A DNA stretch of 63,998 nucleotides, filler included, from Porpidia crustulata (Eukaryota), in the NCBI GenBank assembly GCA_964255105.1. It is 6 parts of 6 records of this genome, joined end to end, with 100 filler letters (N's around TTAATTAATTAA, not from the genome) between each part and the next. Parts side by side here need not be neighbours in the genome. Positions count along the whole stretch, not along the records: positions 10,812 to 21,509 come from CAXUWE010000736.1; positions 21,610 to 32,300 come from CAXUWE010000737.1; 4 more parts are not named here. One strand, written 5' to 3'. The notes below the pieces were generated by a model. The model was not told where the DNA came from and ran no database searches. It was given only the letters and a program-made list of their open reading frames with translations. A program made the position numbers and the translations under genes. Each line of letters opens with the position of its first letter. Position 1 is the stretch's first letter. Positions 11,740 through 24,112 of this stretch are shown piece by piece.

Positions 11740-13689
11740 CTAAATAGCCCAACTCCCCTTCCTCGCCCGAGCTCCCCATTCGTTCTGATTCGCGGTCCCA
11801 CCCTCCACCATCTCCGGCTGCTGCCTCGCCCACTCTCTCACATACAGCCGCAGCGCCAGCCACCGCGCGCACTGCCCCTCCTGTACGCCTTGAAAATCCA
11901 CCCCGTTCCCTTCCGGCGCACCGACGTACCCCTTGGCATTGGTGTGCTCGTCGTCACGGCGGAGGTCCGTCATGGAGATTTTGGTGATTTTGGCGAGCTC
12001 GGTGTCGTACTTGCGTGCCATGGAGGGGTAGCCGAGGGAGAGGTAGTTGTAGATTTGGGTGACGAACGCGTCGGAGAATTCACGCTCGATGGTTTCCTCC
12101 CGAGATAGAATCCGGTCAAGGCAGAGGGTCTCGTTTTCGAGGGAGCTAGGGGGTGAAGGCGGGAGTTCTTGATTGTTTGATGGCAAGCGTTTGGAAGAAA
12201 ATGGGTCATCACGTTCGACGGCTGGTGTTAAGAGACCGGTTTGGGCAGGCTTGGGAGGTGCGAGAGCACTCTGCACGGAAGCGGCGCATACTCCCATCCA
12301 GAGACCGCTGGCGGAGTTTTTGCGGCTGGTGCCGCCGTTGGGTGTCCAGAGACCAGTACGTTCCTCTCCGGTGGCGGATTCTGCGGCGTTTGGCCTATAA
12401 TGATGCTGCGTTACATCTAGACGAGTTTGACGTGGAGATTGGCATTTAGGAAATTTGAGGTTCTCGCCGGCCATTGGTGGGCTGGCAGCATTACGCATGG
12501 GAGCCATTCCCACGCCTTTTTGCCAGCCGCCGATGATATTCTTAGGAGCACCGGTAGCATCAGTAACGGGGAGAGCATCTTTCGGCTTCTTAGCATCTTT
12601 GATCGAATGTTGCCGTGCCAATTTCGATTGCTTCGTGACATTTCGATTCGTTCTTTCCTTCTTGAGCTTCTCTTGATGTCTCCGCATTTCTGCCATATCC
12701 CAACCGTCTGCATAACCCATTCTATGTTTCGATCCTCGGTCAGATCCGTCCAAATGCTTAGATGCATCTCCAGAGAGCCTACCCTCGCCTTCACCACCAT
12801 CTGACTCGTCGGAATCTTGGTCAAAAGCAAAGTGATCCACCGGTTCGTAGTCATGTTCGTTCGGATAGGCCGCCATGGCTTGTTCTCTCAGTTGTTTCTC
12901 TGCAGCTTGGGCGGCAAGTGATAGTAGGTATCCCGAGGTTCTATCATCGCAACTTTCCCTGACTCGGCTTGCATGCTTGTACAGATCCGCCTCGTCTGAG
13001 TTAGCAGACGGAGTGGTTGACAGTGAAGGACAGTTGGACACGTTGGACTCTTCGCTTTCTTCGGCTACGGATTGTATCGAAGGAAGATCCGGCACCCTGA
13101 ACGAATGCTGGCGGGTAGCCTTCTCTTTCAGTTTAGAGGACGTGAATCGCGACTCTGGTGCCTTCGGTATGTTGTCTGTACTCACCACCGGTGAATTGCT
13201 GGGAGGAATTGGTAAAAGGCCAGGTCGTGGTCGTAGCATCCGGGGCGGTTGAAAATCTGCTGGTGACGCTTCGGTCTTGTCCGAATGCAGAACAGCAGGG
13301 CATGTATCGCCGGTCTTTCGTGATCGCTTGACCGTTTCAATCAATTGTGGGGAGAACTTCCTGGGTTTAGGCTTCGGCTCAATTGGCTGCGGCAGTGGTC
13401 GAGACGCATTTGACGTCACGCCTGTGAAGTCATGTTGCGCGTCATCGTCAGCTGCGTATGCTTTCTTCGAAGTCTTGACGGAGGTTTCAACGGGTTGTGG
13501 CAAGAATCTGCGTGGCTTCGAGCTCGTACTACCCGCTTCGGCCAATTGTTCTTTACCAGCTGTTGTGCGATTGCTCCTAGCCGTCGTCTCGACAGGGTCT
13601 GGGGCAAATCGTCGTCTGGTATTTTTGGTCGTCGTCTCAACCGGCTGAGGCAATGGCCGTCGCGGAGGTGTGGACGATGAGGTGGCCAT
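11740..13689 (-). CDS. Hypothetical fungal protein, 649 aa, intronless, mostly disordered with an ordered C-terminal domain
   Basis: Long ATG-initiated ORF; C-terminal FVTQIYNYLSLGYPSMARKYD...ARWLALRLYVREWARQQP block looks conserved. Confidence 0.85.
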   Translation of the reverse strand: MATSSSTPPRRPLPQPVETTTKNTRRRFAPDPVETTARSNRTTAGKEQLAEAGSTSSKPRRFLPQPVETSVKTSKKAYAADDDAQHDFTGVTSNASRPLPQPIEPKPKPRKFSPQLIETVKRSRKTGDTCPAVLHSDKTEASPADFQPPRMLRPRPGLLPIPPSNSPVVSTDNIPKAPESRFTSSKLKEKATRQHSFRVPDLPSIQSVAEESEESNVSNCPSLSTTPSANSDEADLYKHASRVRESCDDRTSGYLLSLAAQAAEKQLREQAMAAYPNEHDYEPVDHFAFDQDSDESDGGEGEGRLSGDASKHLDGSDRGSKHRMGYADGWDMAEMRRHQEKLKKERTNRNVTKQSKLARQHSIKDAKKPKDALPVTDATGAPKNIIGGWQKGVGMAPMRNAASPPMAGENLKFPKCQSPRQTRLDVTQHHYRPNAAESATGEERTGLWTPNGGTSRKNSASGLWMGVCAASVQSALAPPKPAQTGLLTPAVERDDPFSSKRLPSNNQELPPSPPSSLENETLCLDRILSREETIEREFSDAFVTQIYNYLSLGYPSMARKYDTELAKITKISMTDLRRDDEHTNAKGYVGAPEGNGVDFQGVQEGQCARWLALRLYVREWARQQPEMVEGGTANQNEWGARARKGSWAI

Positions 13690-15173
13690 GATGCCTCATT
13701 AATGGGGATCCGGGTGGTGGCCTCAAATGGCCAAGAAGAGAACCTAAAAGCCTTGGTGGGCATGAGCAACTGAATGGCTAGCTGGCGGGGATCGTATCTG
13801 GGGTGACCCGAAGCCGCCGGACTGTTGGTTGATTGACCTATCACGGCCATGCAGCAGCTGACTGTGCAGGGTAAGACGAAGCTCAATTAGGTGTTGGGTA
13901 GAGTAGCTGAGTAGTCCTTACAGTAGTACAAGTCACCAAGTGAAACTTATTGGGTCGGGCCTGGGTTGCGGGCGAAGCGAGGGAAGCGAGGGCACAATCT
14001 TAGGGCTACCTAAACTCTGCTTTTGGGCACTCTCATACCCGACCGCAAAGTTGATCAAGCAGGACTCAACATTTCACCTGTCAGAATAGGATATCGAAAC
14101 CATTCGACCACGGCAGGACCGTCTGTCAATGGGGCTATGCACCCGATCCTCGGCGCACACGCACAAGCACGACAAGGTAAGCTGAGGCCCTTGAAAAGGA
14201 CTGGCATCAAAAGCCCCTAAGCCGGGGGACCCAAGGATGAGTTTACTCATCATCTAAAGAAATACAGACGGGGCCAAGTGATTGCGATAGTTAATGTCAA
14301 TTTTACTTGATAAATTGTTGATTATTTCAAGGGGTTTATCAAAGTCTGCATCATGGTCGCTTCTCATTCTCACAAGACTCGCGAACAAAGACCTTTCAGA
14401 GCGCAATGGAACCTGCTTTTACCCGTCAAGTTCACCATGTCCTAGGATGCGTTTCGCGAAGAACACCATCTCGAGCTACGCTGGCAGCCGCACACCGCCA
14501 TTCGGAGAATTACGGAGCCAGCTCTTGGCCGCCATGCATGCCTGGCCCCCGGTTTGGTTATAGACCTACCTTATACCGTCTATTCTCTACAAGTGTCGTT
14601 CGTCCATTGGCTATCCCAGCCCACTTGCTATGTGTGCTAGAAGAAACGCAGCTATCGGCTTGATCCCCGAGCTCAGACACTCGTGATCTTCGAGATCATG
14701 TCGGCCACAAGGATACAAGGCTCAAAATGGAGTTATTGTTCCCAGTTTTACGGCATCAACTCTTTACGCTGAACATTTTACAATGTGCTTTTTGACTTTC
14801 CTTATAGTACTGTAAATACTAGTTTGGGGGATGTTCGTTTTACTCCTCTTTGACCATACACACTCCCATCTTCAGTGTCTACTTTAACGTCTTCTCCATC
14901 CATGGATATTCTCGTTCATGACCCGAGCACATGATCTTCAATTTTACATGTGGTTGCTCACAATGGCCGATGAATGTTAAATTACATGGATCCATCCATG
15001 GTTGACACCTGTTAGTGCATCAAGTCACATCACTTGAAGCTTTGAACTGCGCACTCTTCGAGACTGAGCATCCTGCAATTTCACCTCCTCAGACTACCAC
15101 AAATTCAAATCCGTCCTGCGCAGGAATGACACACCTACTGCCGTCAACTCTATTGACCCAAATTCTACAGCCC

Positions 15174-18100
15174 CTACCATCCTCCTTCACCTCCACCACT
15201 TCCACCGTCTCCTCCATTCCCATTCCCATTCCCATTTCCGTTTCCATTGCTATTTCCGTTCCCGTTACCGTTCCCACCCCACTCAACCACATTGTTCGGC
15301 CCCGCACCCGCCTGTGCCTGGCCTCCTTCCCATCCTGTTGGATTTCCCACTGGCGCCGCCCCGCCTCCACCGTTGTTATTACCCCCATTATCCCAAGAAC
15401 CCGCAGGACCAGTCACAGGATCTCCGCCTCCTTTGTTGAACCAGCCGGTCACGTTGTTGTTCGGTAGGGATGGAGCGGTCGGGTTCCAGCTGTTGATATT
15501 GTCCTTGCGATTATGATTGTGGTTAGCGTTGTCGACGCGGCCCCAGTAGTGCGAGGGATTTGTGGAAGCTTTATCGCTACCATTGGTATTGATATTCAGT
15601 TGGTTGAGTTTCTGATTGAGAGCATTGCCGAAGGTGTTGGGACTGGCGCTGTCATGAACGTCATTGCTGTGAAGGCTCCCCGGCACAGCGGTAGTGGATG
15701 TTGAAGTACTGGGCGTGGTGTTCGCGTTTGCTTTTGCTCTCATGAAATGCTCAATCAGCTCGTCTTTGGAGAGCGTGGAAAGACGGCGTTTTTCTTCTGC
15801 TGGAGCCTCGGTGACGGTAGTGTTCAGCATTTTCTCCAAGATAGCTAGTAATGTGATAAGATTAGCTTATAACATCTATATCGTGACTGTACTAGAGAAG
15901 GCACTTGCCACTAGACCGGTACTTGAAGCTGAAGACGGCATAAGGGCAATCGAGGCTGTCCATATGATGGGCAGAGGACGTCTTGTGCATGTACGGTGCT
16001 GGCTTGTCGGTCTGTACTTGGTGTGACATATTGTTTCGTTGTGCGACCTCCATTGGGACGCCTGGAAGGGTTTCGTTGGCGGCGGCAGGGGGCTCGGGCT
16101 CTGGTTCTGGCTCTGGAAGACTTTGTTCCTCAGGAATCTCAGGGAGTTTGTTCCAGTTGGCCCAGTATGGTTTTGGCTGGAAGGTGGAGTCTGGACTAAG
16201 GTCAAAAAATAGTCTTATTGTCAAAGTGCGTAACTTACCAGCTATTGGAGCTCGATCAGGGGCCGCATTTTCGTTGCCTGGCCCGGTAGCTGGAGCGGCA
16301 GGATTCTCTTGACTTGCAGTATTCGTATTATTCGGCGACTGGGTAAACTCCATGGTGTACTTGGGCGACACCCTGAACTTGTCAGAGGCATCCTTGCCCT
16401 GCGATTCGAAACTGCTCTTTTTTGGCATATCCCATCCATTCTTCTTCTCAAACGCTCCTCCCCAGCTCTGGGCTTTGTCCTTTTGATGACTTACATTACC
16501 ACAGTTCCAACCACTGTTCTGCTGAGCGCCAGTACCTCCTGTATTCGGTTGGGTAATTCCTTTCCCATGATTGCCCCAGCCGCTGTTTCCATGGATATTA
16601 CCGTCGTTGTTATCGATATTGTTATTGCTGTGGCCCCAACTATTATTGCCCTGGGCGGTGTCGTGATTTTCATTATTGCCGTTCTTATTATTCCAGCTAG
16701 TGTTGTTTTCTGGAGCTCCGGCAGTTGTAGGTCCCCAACCCTCACTCCCGCGCTCCCCGTCACCTTCATTACCATTCCAACTGTTATTATTTTCTTGTTC
16801 TTCGTTGTTGGAATAGCCCCAATTGTCGTTTGCCTGATCACCGGTGTTTTCATTTTCATTTTCATTCCAGCCATTGCTAGTGGCCTGAGATTCCACATTG
16901 GAGGTGCCCCATGCACCCGGCATCTCCATGGCCCGGCTTCTCTCCTTTTTGTGTTCCGATGAGCGGTTCCCTTCATTCTTTGAACCGCTGCTGTCATTCG
17001 ATTCATTGGAGTTCTTTTCGCTTCCCTTCTCTTTATGCTCGTCCGGCAAATCCCAGCTACCGATGGTAGGCGCTGGCGGGGCCTGTACGCCCGGTGTGAC
17101 AACAGCAGGCAATACAGGGGCGTGATTAACATTGATTATAATAGCCGGCGAAGCCTGGCCAGCAGGAACTGGGACATTCACTTGCTGTGGGTTGATTTCC
17201 CCCGGTTTGGTGCCATCCGCCGGCGAAAATGCGTGCTTACTGAGCATTGGGGAATTTTCCTTACTTTTTCGTCCAGCTGTGGCTTGCGGCTCTGGAGAGT
17301 TATTACCGCCAATTTGGGAACTATATTTGCCCCAGTCTTCATTGAAATGCTGCTGCGAAACATTGCTATCACCCCAAGTATCGTTATCTCTTCTCGATCT
17401 TCGTAAGCCACGTTGACTTGGGGGAATATAGCGATACTTCCTTGGTTCACCACTACTCGGCCCGAGTTTTTGCGGGCTGTTGTTCTTTGGAGGCAAATTG
17501 TCGTCCGCTGTTATGTCTCTTCCGAAGTTCATGTTAACGGGACCCACATACGGACGATCATCCGGACCATCGAATACGCCGCCTATAGCCCTTGAAATGT
17601 TGTTGCTACTATCAGTATCGCTACTAGAAGAGGAAGAAGTCCCGGAAGAACTTGGAGTTGTCATCTTGTACGACTTTTTCGGCTCCTTCATTTTTGTAAT
17701 GTGTCCTAACGGTGGACTATTGCCCAAGCTGCTAGTTGCTGGGGAATTCAGGGCCGTAGCAGGATAACAGCGAAGTACGACAACGTCAATAGTGCCAACG
17801 TATTCCCCATTGAAAGGCGCAAGACGTCCTGTATGATCGCTTACAGCCGTGACTATGAGATAGTAAGTAGTCTGTTAGCCAGAATTCGAATGAAAGTCCC
17901 TGTACCGCCAAGCGGCATGCTTTCAACGCCGAGTCTAGAATGGCATATCCTGCAATTGTAAAGTACTCACTTATATTGAGGTTCTGAAACCTCCACTGTT
18001 TACCCTCAAAAATGCCATCTTCCAACATCTCCTCTTTCTGTCGAACATGAAAATCAACTTCTGTCTGCTTCCTAGTCGTCGTTCCGTCTGGGATTCTCAA

Positions 18101-18331
18101 GTTTTGCCGAAAGCGATTGCACTGATATTCGCCATCAATATAAACATACATCGCCAGACCGGGTGCGATGTAACCATGGGACCGGAGGTGAATTGAGAAA
18201 GGTGTTGGCGTAGGAGGGACCGCAACGTAGGTTTGAACATAGCCGTCGCCATATGTCGTTTGAAGCTCCCGAAGTGGCATATTAGACCCTGACCACTCCA
18301 CAGCGCATGTCAGATGCTTGAGAGTCGGCAT
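15174..18331 (-). CDS. Hypothetical ~980-aa protein: globular N-terminal domain plus N/G-rich region with many WG/GW motifs
   Basis: ORFs 17786-18340, 15892-17727 and 15174-15839 join in frame via an intron at ~17856-17970, a probable 48-nt intron 16191-16238 and a GC-AG intron 15845-15908. Confidence 0.75.
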
Positions 18332-18737
18332 TATTCGCAATATCCTATCAACAAAAAGATGAGCGTTGGGCGTTCGGAACGCGGTTACTAGGAGGAGTTA
18401 GACGTTCCACGTGAAAAAAAACTGATATATGCATTTGTGTTGATACCTGGGAGCTAGAAACACAAGAAACATAGAAATATCACCGAGCGTGTCTGGAGAT
18501 TGACTGAGTCCGCCAATACCAAGTCTATTCGGGCACTTGCTATGTTATTAGGAACCTACTACAAAGTGTGGTTTTTGACGGTAAGGTTCAAATTGATCCA
18601 ATGCTCTTGATGACGAATTCCACGAATATCCGACGCGAAAGGGGACCGTGACCACGCGAGCATCAAACAGATGAATTCATTAAAGTGAATGAAATATCAA
18701 CTTTATCTTTTTCACGCAATACAATCTGTTTCCGAAT

Positions 18738-19627
18738 CTATTTATTGTACACCAGAAAATTCCTAAGGCTGTCCCAATGATCCGCGTTTACATATCTAGA
18801 CACAAATCGTGAGCTCTTTGTCTCCAGTACTTATTTCTAGTCCTCGGGCTGCTAAGACTAGCAGAGGGTAACTTACATATAATTCATACTACTTCTCATA
18901 CTCGGCTGAACGGTATCTGGATGCCACCGGAAGACCCACATCACCATTCCCCAGCTCATGGCAGCAAACACCGGCCACGCATTTCCAGTGACTCGAGTCT
19001 TGACCGCGGGACTTAGGCCCATACCGCCCTCACTTTTCCGTTGTACAGCTAACTTAGCCATCGCAAGTACAACTCTGGCGAAGACGTAAATGACGATTTG
19101 CTGGTTGACGGAGCTCTGGATGCCACGCCCAAAGACGGCGTAGCCGCCTATCAGGCCAGCGAGGAAGGTATGGGGTGATTCTTCTTTGCCAGTGGAAGAG
19201 GTGTGGCGCAGAACCAGCATAGCAGTCTTGTATATTACAGCGAAAGTCGCTAAATTACGGGCATGTTGACGAGTTGCCTTTAGGATGAGATGAAGTTTCT
19301 CTCGTAGGCTATAGGAGCGATTAGTCTGGGTGGAAGAGGTGCGAAATTGGAGTCCAAAACATACGTGCCAGAGCGGAACAGGAAGACCATGCTAGGCGAA
19401 AATTCGTCAGTAATTGAATGGAATGTTCTCTGATACATAGATTGCTTACACGAGGGCGTGGGGGAATCTAACTTTGGCGCCATACACGGCTCCGTTGCGG
19501 CCGGCCTTGAGGATGGCGAGATATTCGGCATAATGAGGATCAAGGATGATGCTATTCACGACGTGCTAGGAGTTCATTAGACAGCATCAAGACGATAAGC
19601 TTGGCTACCAACTGTGAGGCCTTCCAT
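18738..19627 (-). CDS. PXMP4: Peroxisomal membrane protein 4 (PMP24, Tim17 family)
   Basis: RNGAVYGAKVRFPHAL, MVFLFRSG, SSVNQQIVIYVFARV, AWPVFAAMSWGMVMW, YVNADHWDSLRNFLVYNK; multi-exon. Confidence 0.9.
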
Positions 19628-21509
19628 GTTACCGAGGTGGGTGGGAAGGAGATCAATTGGCTTGTGCAGGCCTCATTGAAACTGACAATGACTGAGAACG
19701 GATCCTAGTCGACGGAAATATATCAATTGTGGATTTTCGTGGCTCTCTCGTTCATATTGAGGGAAGTTCGAGCCAGTAGTATTGTTGTCCATTGAAACTG
19801 CCAGAGACCCCATGGCACATGAAGACGAACATCCGTTCCTTGAGACAACCTCGGTCCAGCCCTTCCCCCACAATCCAAGCCCCTTCCGGCGCTACTATTG
19901 AATCGAACCTAGCTAGTTTTTTAAGCAGAGAAACAACGTCTTGACACAATTTCTTCGTGCATGCCCGTATTCTACAAGACGTTGGTCTCATGGAAGGTAC
20001 TAATTTCCATACCTGAGCTTTTGCAGTATGAATTCTCATATGACTTCCGAGGCAATAGTCTCCGCTACCTGCACTATATGGCCAGATTCTTATGTACATG
20101 AATTCATTCTACGTTTCGAATCCAATATCAACACTATGCATATCCGATCTGAGTTGTCAACTATTGTCCCTGATTAGTACTTTTGATTCAAGCTATTCCT
20201 CGAGAATCTGCTCTCATATCTCCTTTGCTTTGCTCACCCTCTATTCTTTCATTCAATCCAACGAGTTCTTAAGGAGTCTTCTTAGCAACATATTGATCTC
20301 CACCAGCTTGTCAATCATGTCCCGTGGAGACGGTTTGAGGTGTCATGTGTGGCGGAAACGCTAGAGGGGCCGCACTTGATCCAAGACCAACGGTAAGAAA
20401 GCCTACGTTTGACTGAGTGATGGGTTCTCAACGATCAAGACTCGAGGGTCCGAGCAATTTCTTGATCTCCTTGTGTGTGAGATCCAAATCATCTGCACTA
20501 GGCAATCTGCACCAGGCATACTGTAGCATCTGGCCAAATAAGAACAGGGCAGGAAGCGGTCGGTATGGAAATCGGCCAAACGGGAGAGCTGAGTAGAGGA
20601 CCTGTCGAGAGTCTTCATTTTCGAGGACTATGAAACGTTTTAGGACCAGCGGCTTACCAATCATGGCTGACTCCAAAAGCCTTGGCTTTTTGACCAGCTA
20701 CCTCAGTGACGACCTCCACGATACTGTCGCCAATTCTCTTGAGAATGTGGTCACGAGGATCGAGGGGCTTGGAAGTACCACCTCAACTCAGGGTTTCAGG
20801 TGCAACGATACCATTGCCTTTATTATCGGGAAGATATTCGACATAACGGCACTAGTCGTAGGCGTCTGAGAGGAAGTCACGAATGAGCAAGATCTACACT
20901 TTGCTCTCAGTCATGGAATGTTGATAATGCATCATGTGTTTAACGCTAGAGAGGTTCATCAAAGCGAGGAGTGAGTAGGGCAGCAATTTAGAGGCCATGG
21001 CTGATTTTGATCGAATGCGCGGTGTGGTCAATTTTTCGTAAGAGTGGCCGTAAGGTATTCTTTGTACAAGACATAATTTCTGAATTACCTTGGGCATAGA
21101 AGTCTACAAGAGAGAACGTCAGAATTTCTAGCCTATATGCTGAGTGTTCTCACACGTTTCCTGGCTTGCGATCCCACCGTTTCTGCAAGCTAGCTCGGAT
21201 TACTACACCAGCCTTCGAACAGATCCTCTACCTGACGTCCAAATCCTACATAGTTCCGGATACTCTGCAGTTCACGCCCCAGCTTTCCATCCTTCCTTCC
21301 AACCATCCTTTTCCAGGTTTCATAGGTTTCACAACATACAAACATTGATTGAAAAAGATTCCCATGCCATCTGACAATTTTTAAAGACAAAAACAAGTGC
21401 TTGAGGAAGCTAAACGGTTCCCTCCATGCAAGGATAGACATCTACTCACAAACGTTGACGTCGAGCGTCCCCCTTGTCTAATGAAAACCACTCACACCTG
21501 CCGAAACCC

Positions 21510-21609
21510 NNNNNNNNNNNNNNNNNNNNNNNNNNNNNNNNNNNNNNNNNNNNTTAATTAATTAANNNNNNNNNNNNNNNNNNNNNNNNNNNNNNNNNNN
21601 NNNNNNNNN
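21510..21609. other. Artificial contig linker
   Basis: N44-TTAATTAATTAA-N44. Confidence 0.99.
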
Positions 21610-23005
21610 CGCCTATGCTCAGGTTTCCTTTGGTGGCCGAGATCCCGAGCATGGCGGCTGGGGTCACGGTGACGGCGTCGATGGCTTCGGCGACGGAGGC
21701 GCCGGTCCAGTTGATGAAGTTGTTGACGCATTCGAGCATTGTGACTGCACTGTGATTTGGGTCTCGGTGTCAGCTTTGTGGGGATCATGTCTATTGGATT
21801 GATTGATGGAACAGGGAAATCGTACCTTCCAGCAATTGTTTCCGTGCCTTGAAGCGTGACCTTGCTCCCCTTCTTCTCCACCTTCTGGCCATTGTTCCAA
21901 TCGTACACCCCATCCTCGCATCCCATGAACATTACCGCATCGGTGACCAATATCAGTCCGCGGGGATGGGCGCTATATGCCAGACTAACACTTGCTGGAT
22001 GAAGGTGAATGCCATCAGCGATGATTCCAAAGTATGGTCTCTCCAGAGGCGAGAGATGATCGAATTTGGCCCGATTCTTGGTTACAGTGATGGTACCGAA
22101 AGGACCGGGGTCTCGGTGGTGGAGTGGGTTCATTGCGTTGAACATGTGGGTGATCATATTGGCGCCTGCCTTGACAGCAGCCACGGTTTGCTCGTAATTT
22201 GCCCGAGTATGCCCTATACTGATCATAACTCCGTGCGATGTGAGATATTGGATGGTTTCCATGGCTCCTGGTAATTCAGGTGCCAGGGTGATCATTCTTA
22301 TAGGCGCGACCTCTGCCTCCACATTCTTTGCGGCATGCTTCGCAGTTCCAAGTCCCAGATTTGAAGACCCAAAGTATTGCGTTAGGGTAGTGAAATTGCA
22401 TAGTCCGTCGGTACCAGATACAACCTTAGGACTGTGACAGCCCTTCCGATCAGTGGCGATGAATGGCCCTTCACAGTGCGCACCGAGTGATTCAGCACCA
22501 ATATAAGACTCCCTCGAGTTGCCAGATGGGCCAAGACACGGAAGGATCTGAACATCGCTTCAGCGGCATGATCACGGTGGACATGACTGCCTACCTTGTG
22601 GTAGACATGCGCGCTCTGGCTTGTCATTGTAGCAAGATAGCTTGTCACCCCTGTTTTGATGAGGCTGTGGTTCATGGCTTGTAGTCCTTTTTTGAATGAT
22701 ACCACATCACCATCCGAAGGCGGCTTGGATAGATCAAACATGAAGGCTCCATTGAACTGAACATCCACAAAGCCAGGTGCGAGTATCTTCCCTTTCAAAT
22801 CAACAACTCGATCAGGCAACGCGCGGTCAACGTAGAAACTTTTCTGAGCGTCGATTATTCGACCAGTCGATCTGTTGATCCAGATATCTCCTTTGACGAG
22901 TCTGCCATCCCGAACAAGTCGACCATTGGCGAACTTGGTGATAGGGTGAGAGAAGTTTTCTTTCACATCGCAGATATCTGACTCCAACAGTCGAGACGGT
23001 GACAT
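21610..23005 (-). CDS. DAC1: N-acetylglucosamine-6-phosphate deacetylase, 3'-truncated by contig end
   Basis: LAPGFVDVQFNG, GAHCEGPF, MITLAPE, SIGHT, THMFNAM, IIADGIH, LVTDA, VTPAAMLG NagA motifs; two introns. Confidence 0.95.
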
Positions 23006-23286
23006 GGCATAAAATGGTCACTTGGACAGTACTGGTGGTTTATCAAGCATCGATAAAGTCCTTCATCCTGGATGGGAGAGAGCGAGACGGCAACATCGTG
23101 GCTGCGATCCTTGAAGTGCATGGCTCTAGGATCAGAAATTCCTGACCGACAAAGACTCGGATGATTTGTCCACATCCTACCACAGGGTCGTTCAGGAGAG
23201 TATGGGAATGATAGGGTTACAGTTGCTGGAGGAAGCTGAGGAGTATCGTTGTAACGTTACCTTGCCTTTGGGACAGAGGGTGCCTG

Positions 23287-23347
23287 CCAAAAGTCATTGG
23301 AGCAATCAATGCTGATATTCGTAGCTGTGTGCTCCAATGACTTTTGG
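23287..23347. repeat. Perfect 18-bp inverted repeat (25-nt spacer) in the DAC1/NAG1 divergent promoter
   Basis: CCAAAAGTCATTGGAGCA (23287-23304) and TGCTCCAATGACTTTTGG (23330-23347); each arm contains a CCAAT box. Confidence 0.9.
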
Positions 23348-24112
23348 TGCTCTAAACCCTGGAGGGGCAGCCCCTCCTTATGTAAGCTAGCTACGTCATT
23401 CCTACTCGCGCTCTTCTTCTTCTAATCCACTCGAATCACCCACCGGCCAACTTCTGAGCATATAGAAATTCGACGTTAGATTCCGCCCAACCTCCGTAGA
23501 AGTTCCTAGAATTAATACAGCATCAACGGTAAACAAAGCCAGAAGCACATCACCTCTTATGCATGGTGGCCTAGATACCTTGACTATTGTGCGACTAAGT
23601 ACAACACCACCACAGCAATATCTGCAAGAAGCACGGTGGCGAATTGAATAGTAATGTGCCAGGCAGGTAACATTGATCGCTGGGTGGCGATTGATAAAGT
23701 ATGGCGGGAGCCAATGGCTCAGTGGAGAGAGTTCGTGCCCTGCTTTGCGTTGTTGGATGCAACTGCTGCCATGCCATCCATCGAGCAGACCGGGTCACGA
23801 GCTGGTCTTCAAAGACAATCAAAGTAATCATGTTGAGATATATTATTTGATGACAGTGTGTTTATTATCCACATGCATGTTTTTCTGATGGGTGAAGTTT
23901 GTTTCGACTCCTGACGATAAAATCAATACCACTTCCCTTGCTATAAAGCCAAGGATTCGTTTTGTTGACTGTATCTGTCTGGTACTGACATCAAATTTGA
24001 TCTGCTCAAGCTTTCATTGGAGGATCAATAAGCAGAGATATTATCGGACGAGACTACACGCCTACTTACCCGCTACAACAACAAATCGGAAATCCACTGG
24101 CCAGACCTCAAA

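Noticed and set aside
11476..13680. Numerous antisense ORFs overlapping real genes (also over tubulin, FPGS and SIN3)
   Set aside because: Expected shadow ORFs of GC-rich coding sequence, mostly with non-ATG starts and no protein-like features.
19700..21509. Degenerate gene or transposon relic
   Set aside because: Only short stop-interrupted ORFs with no recognisable motif; cannot be supported without a tBLASTx search.
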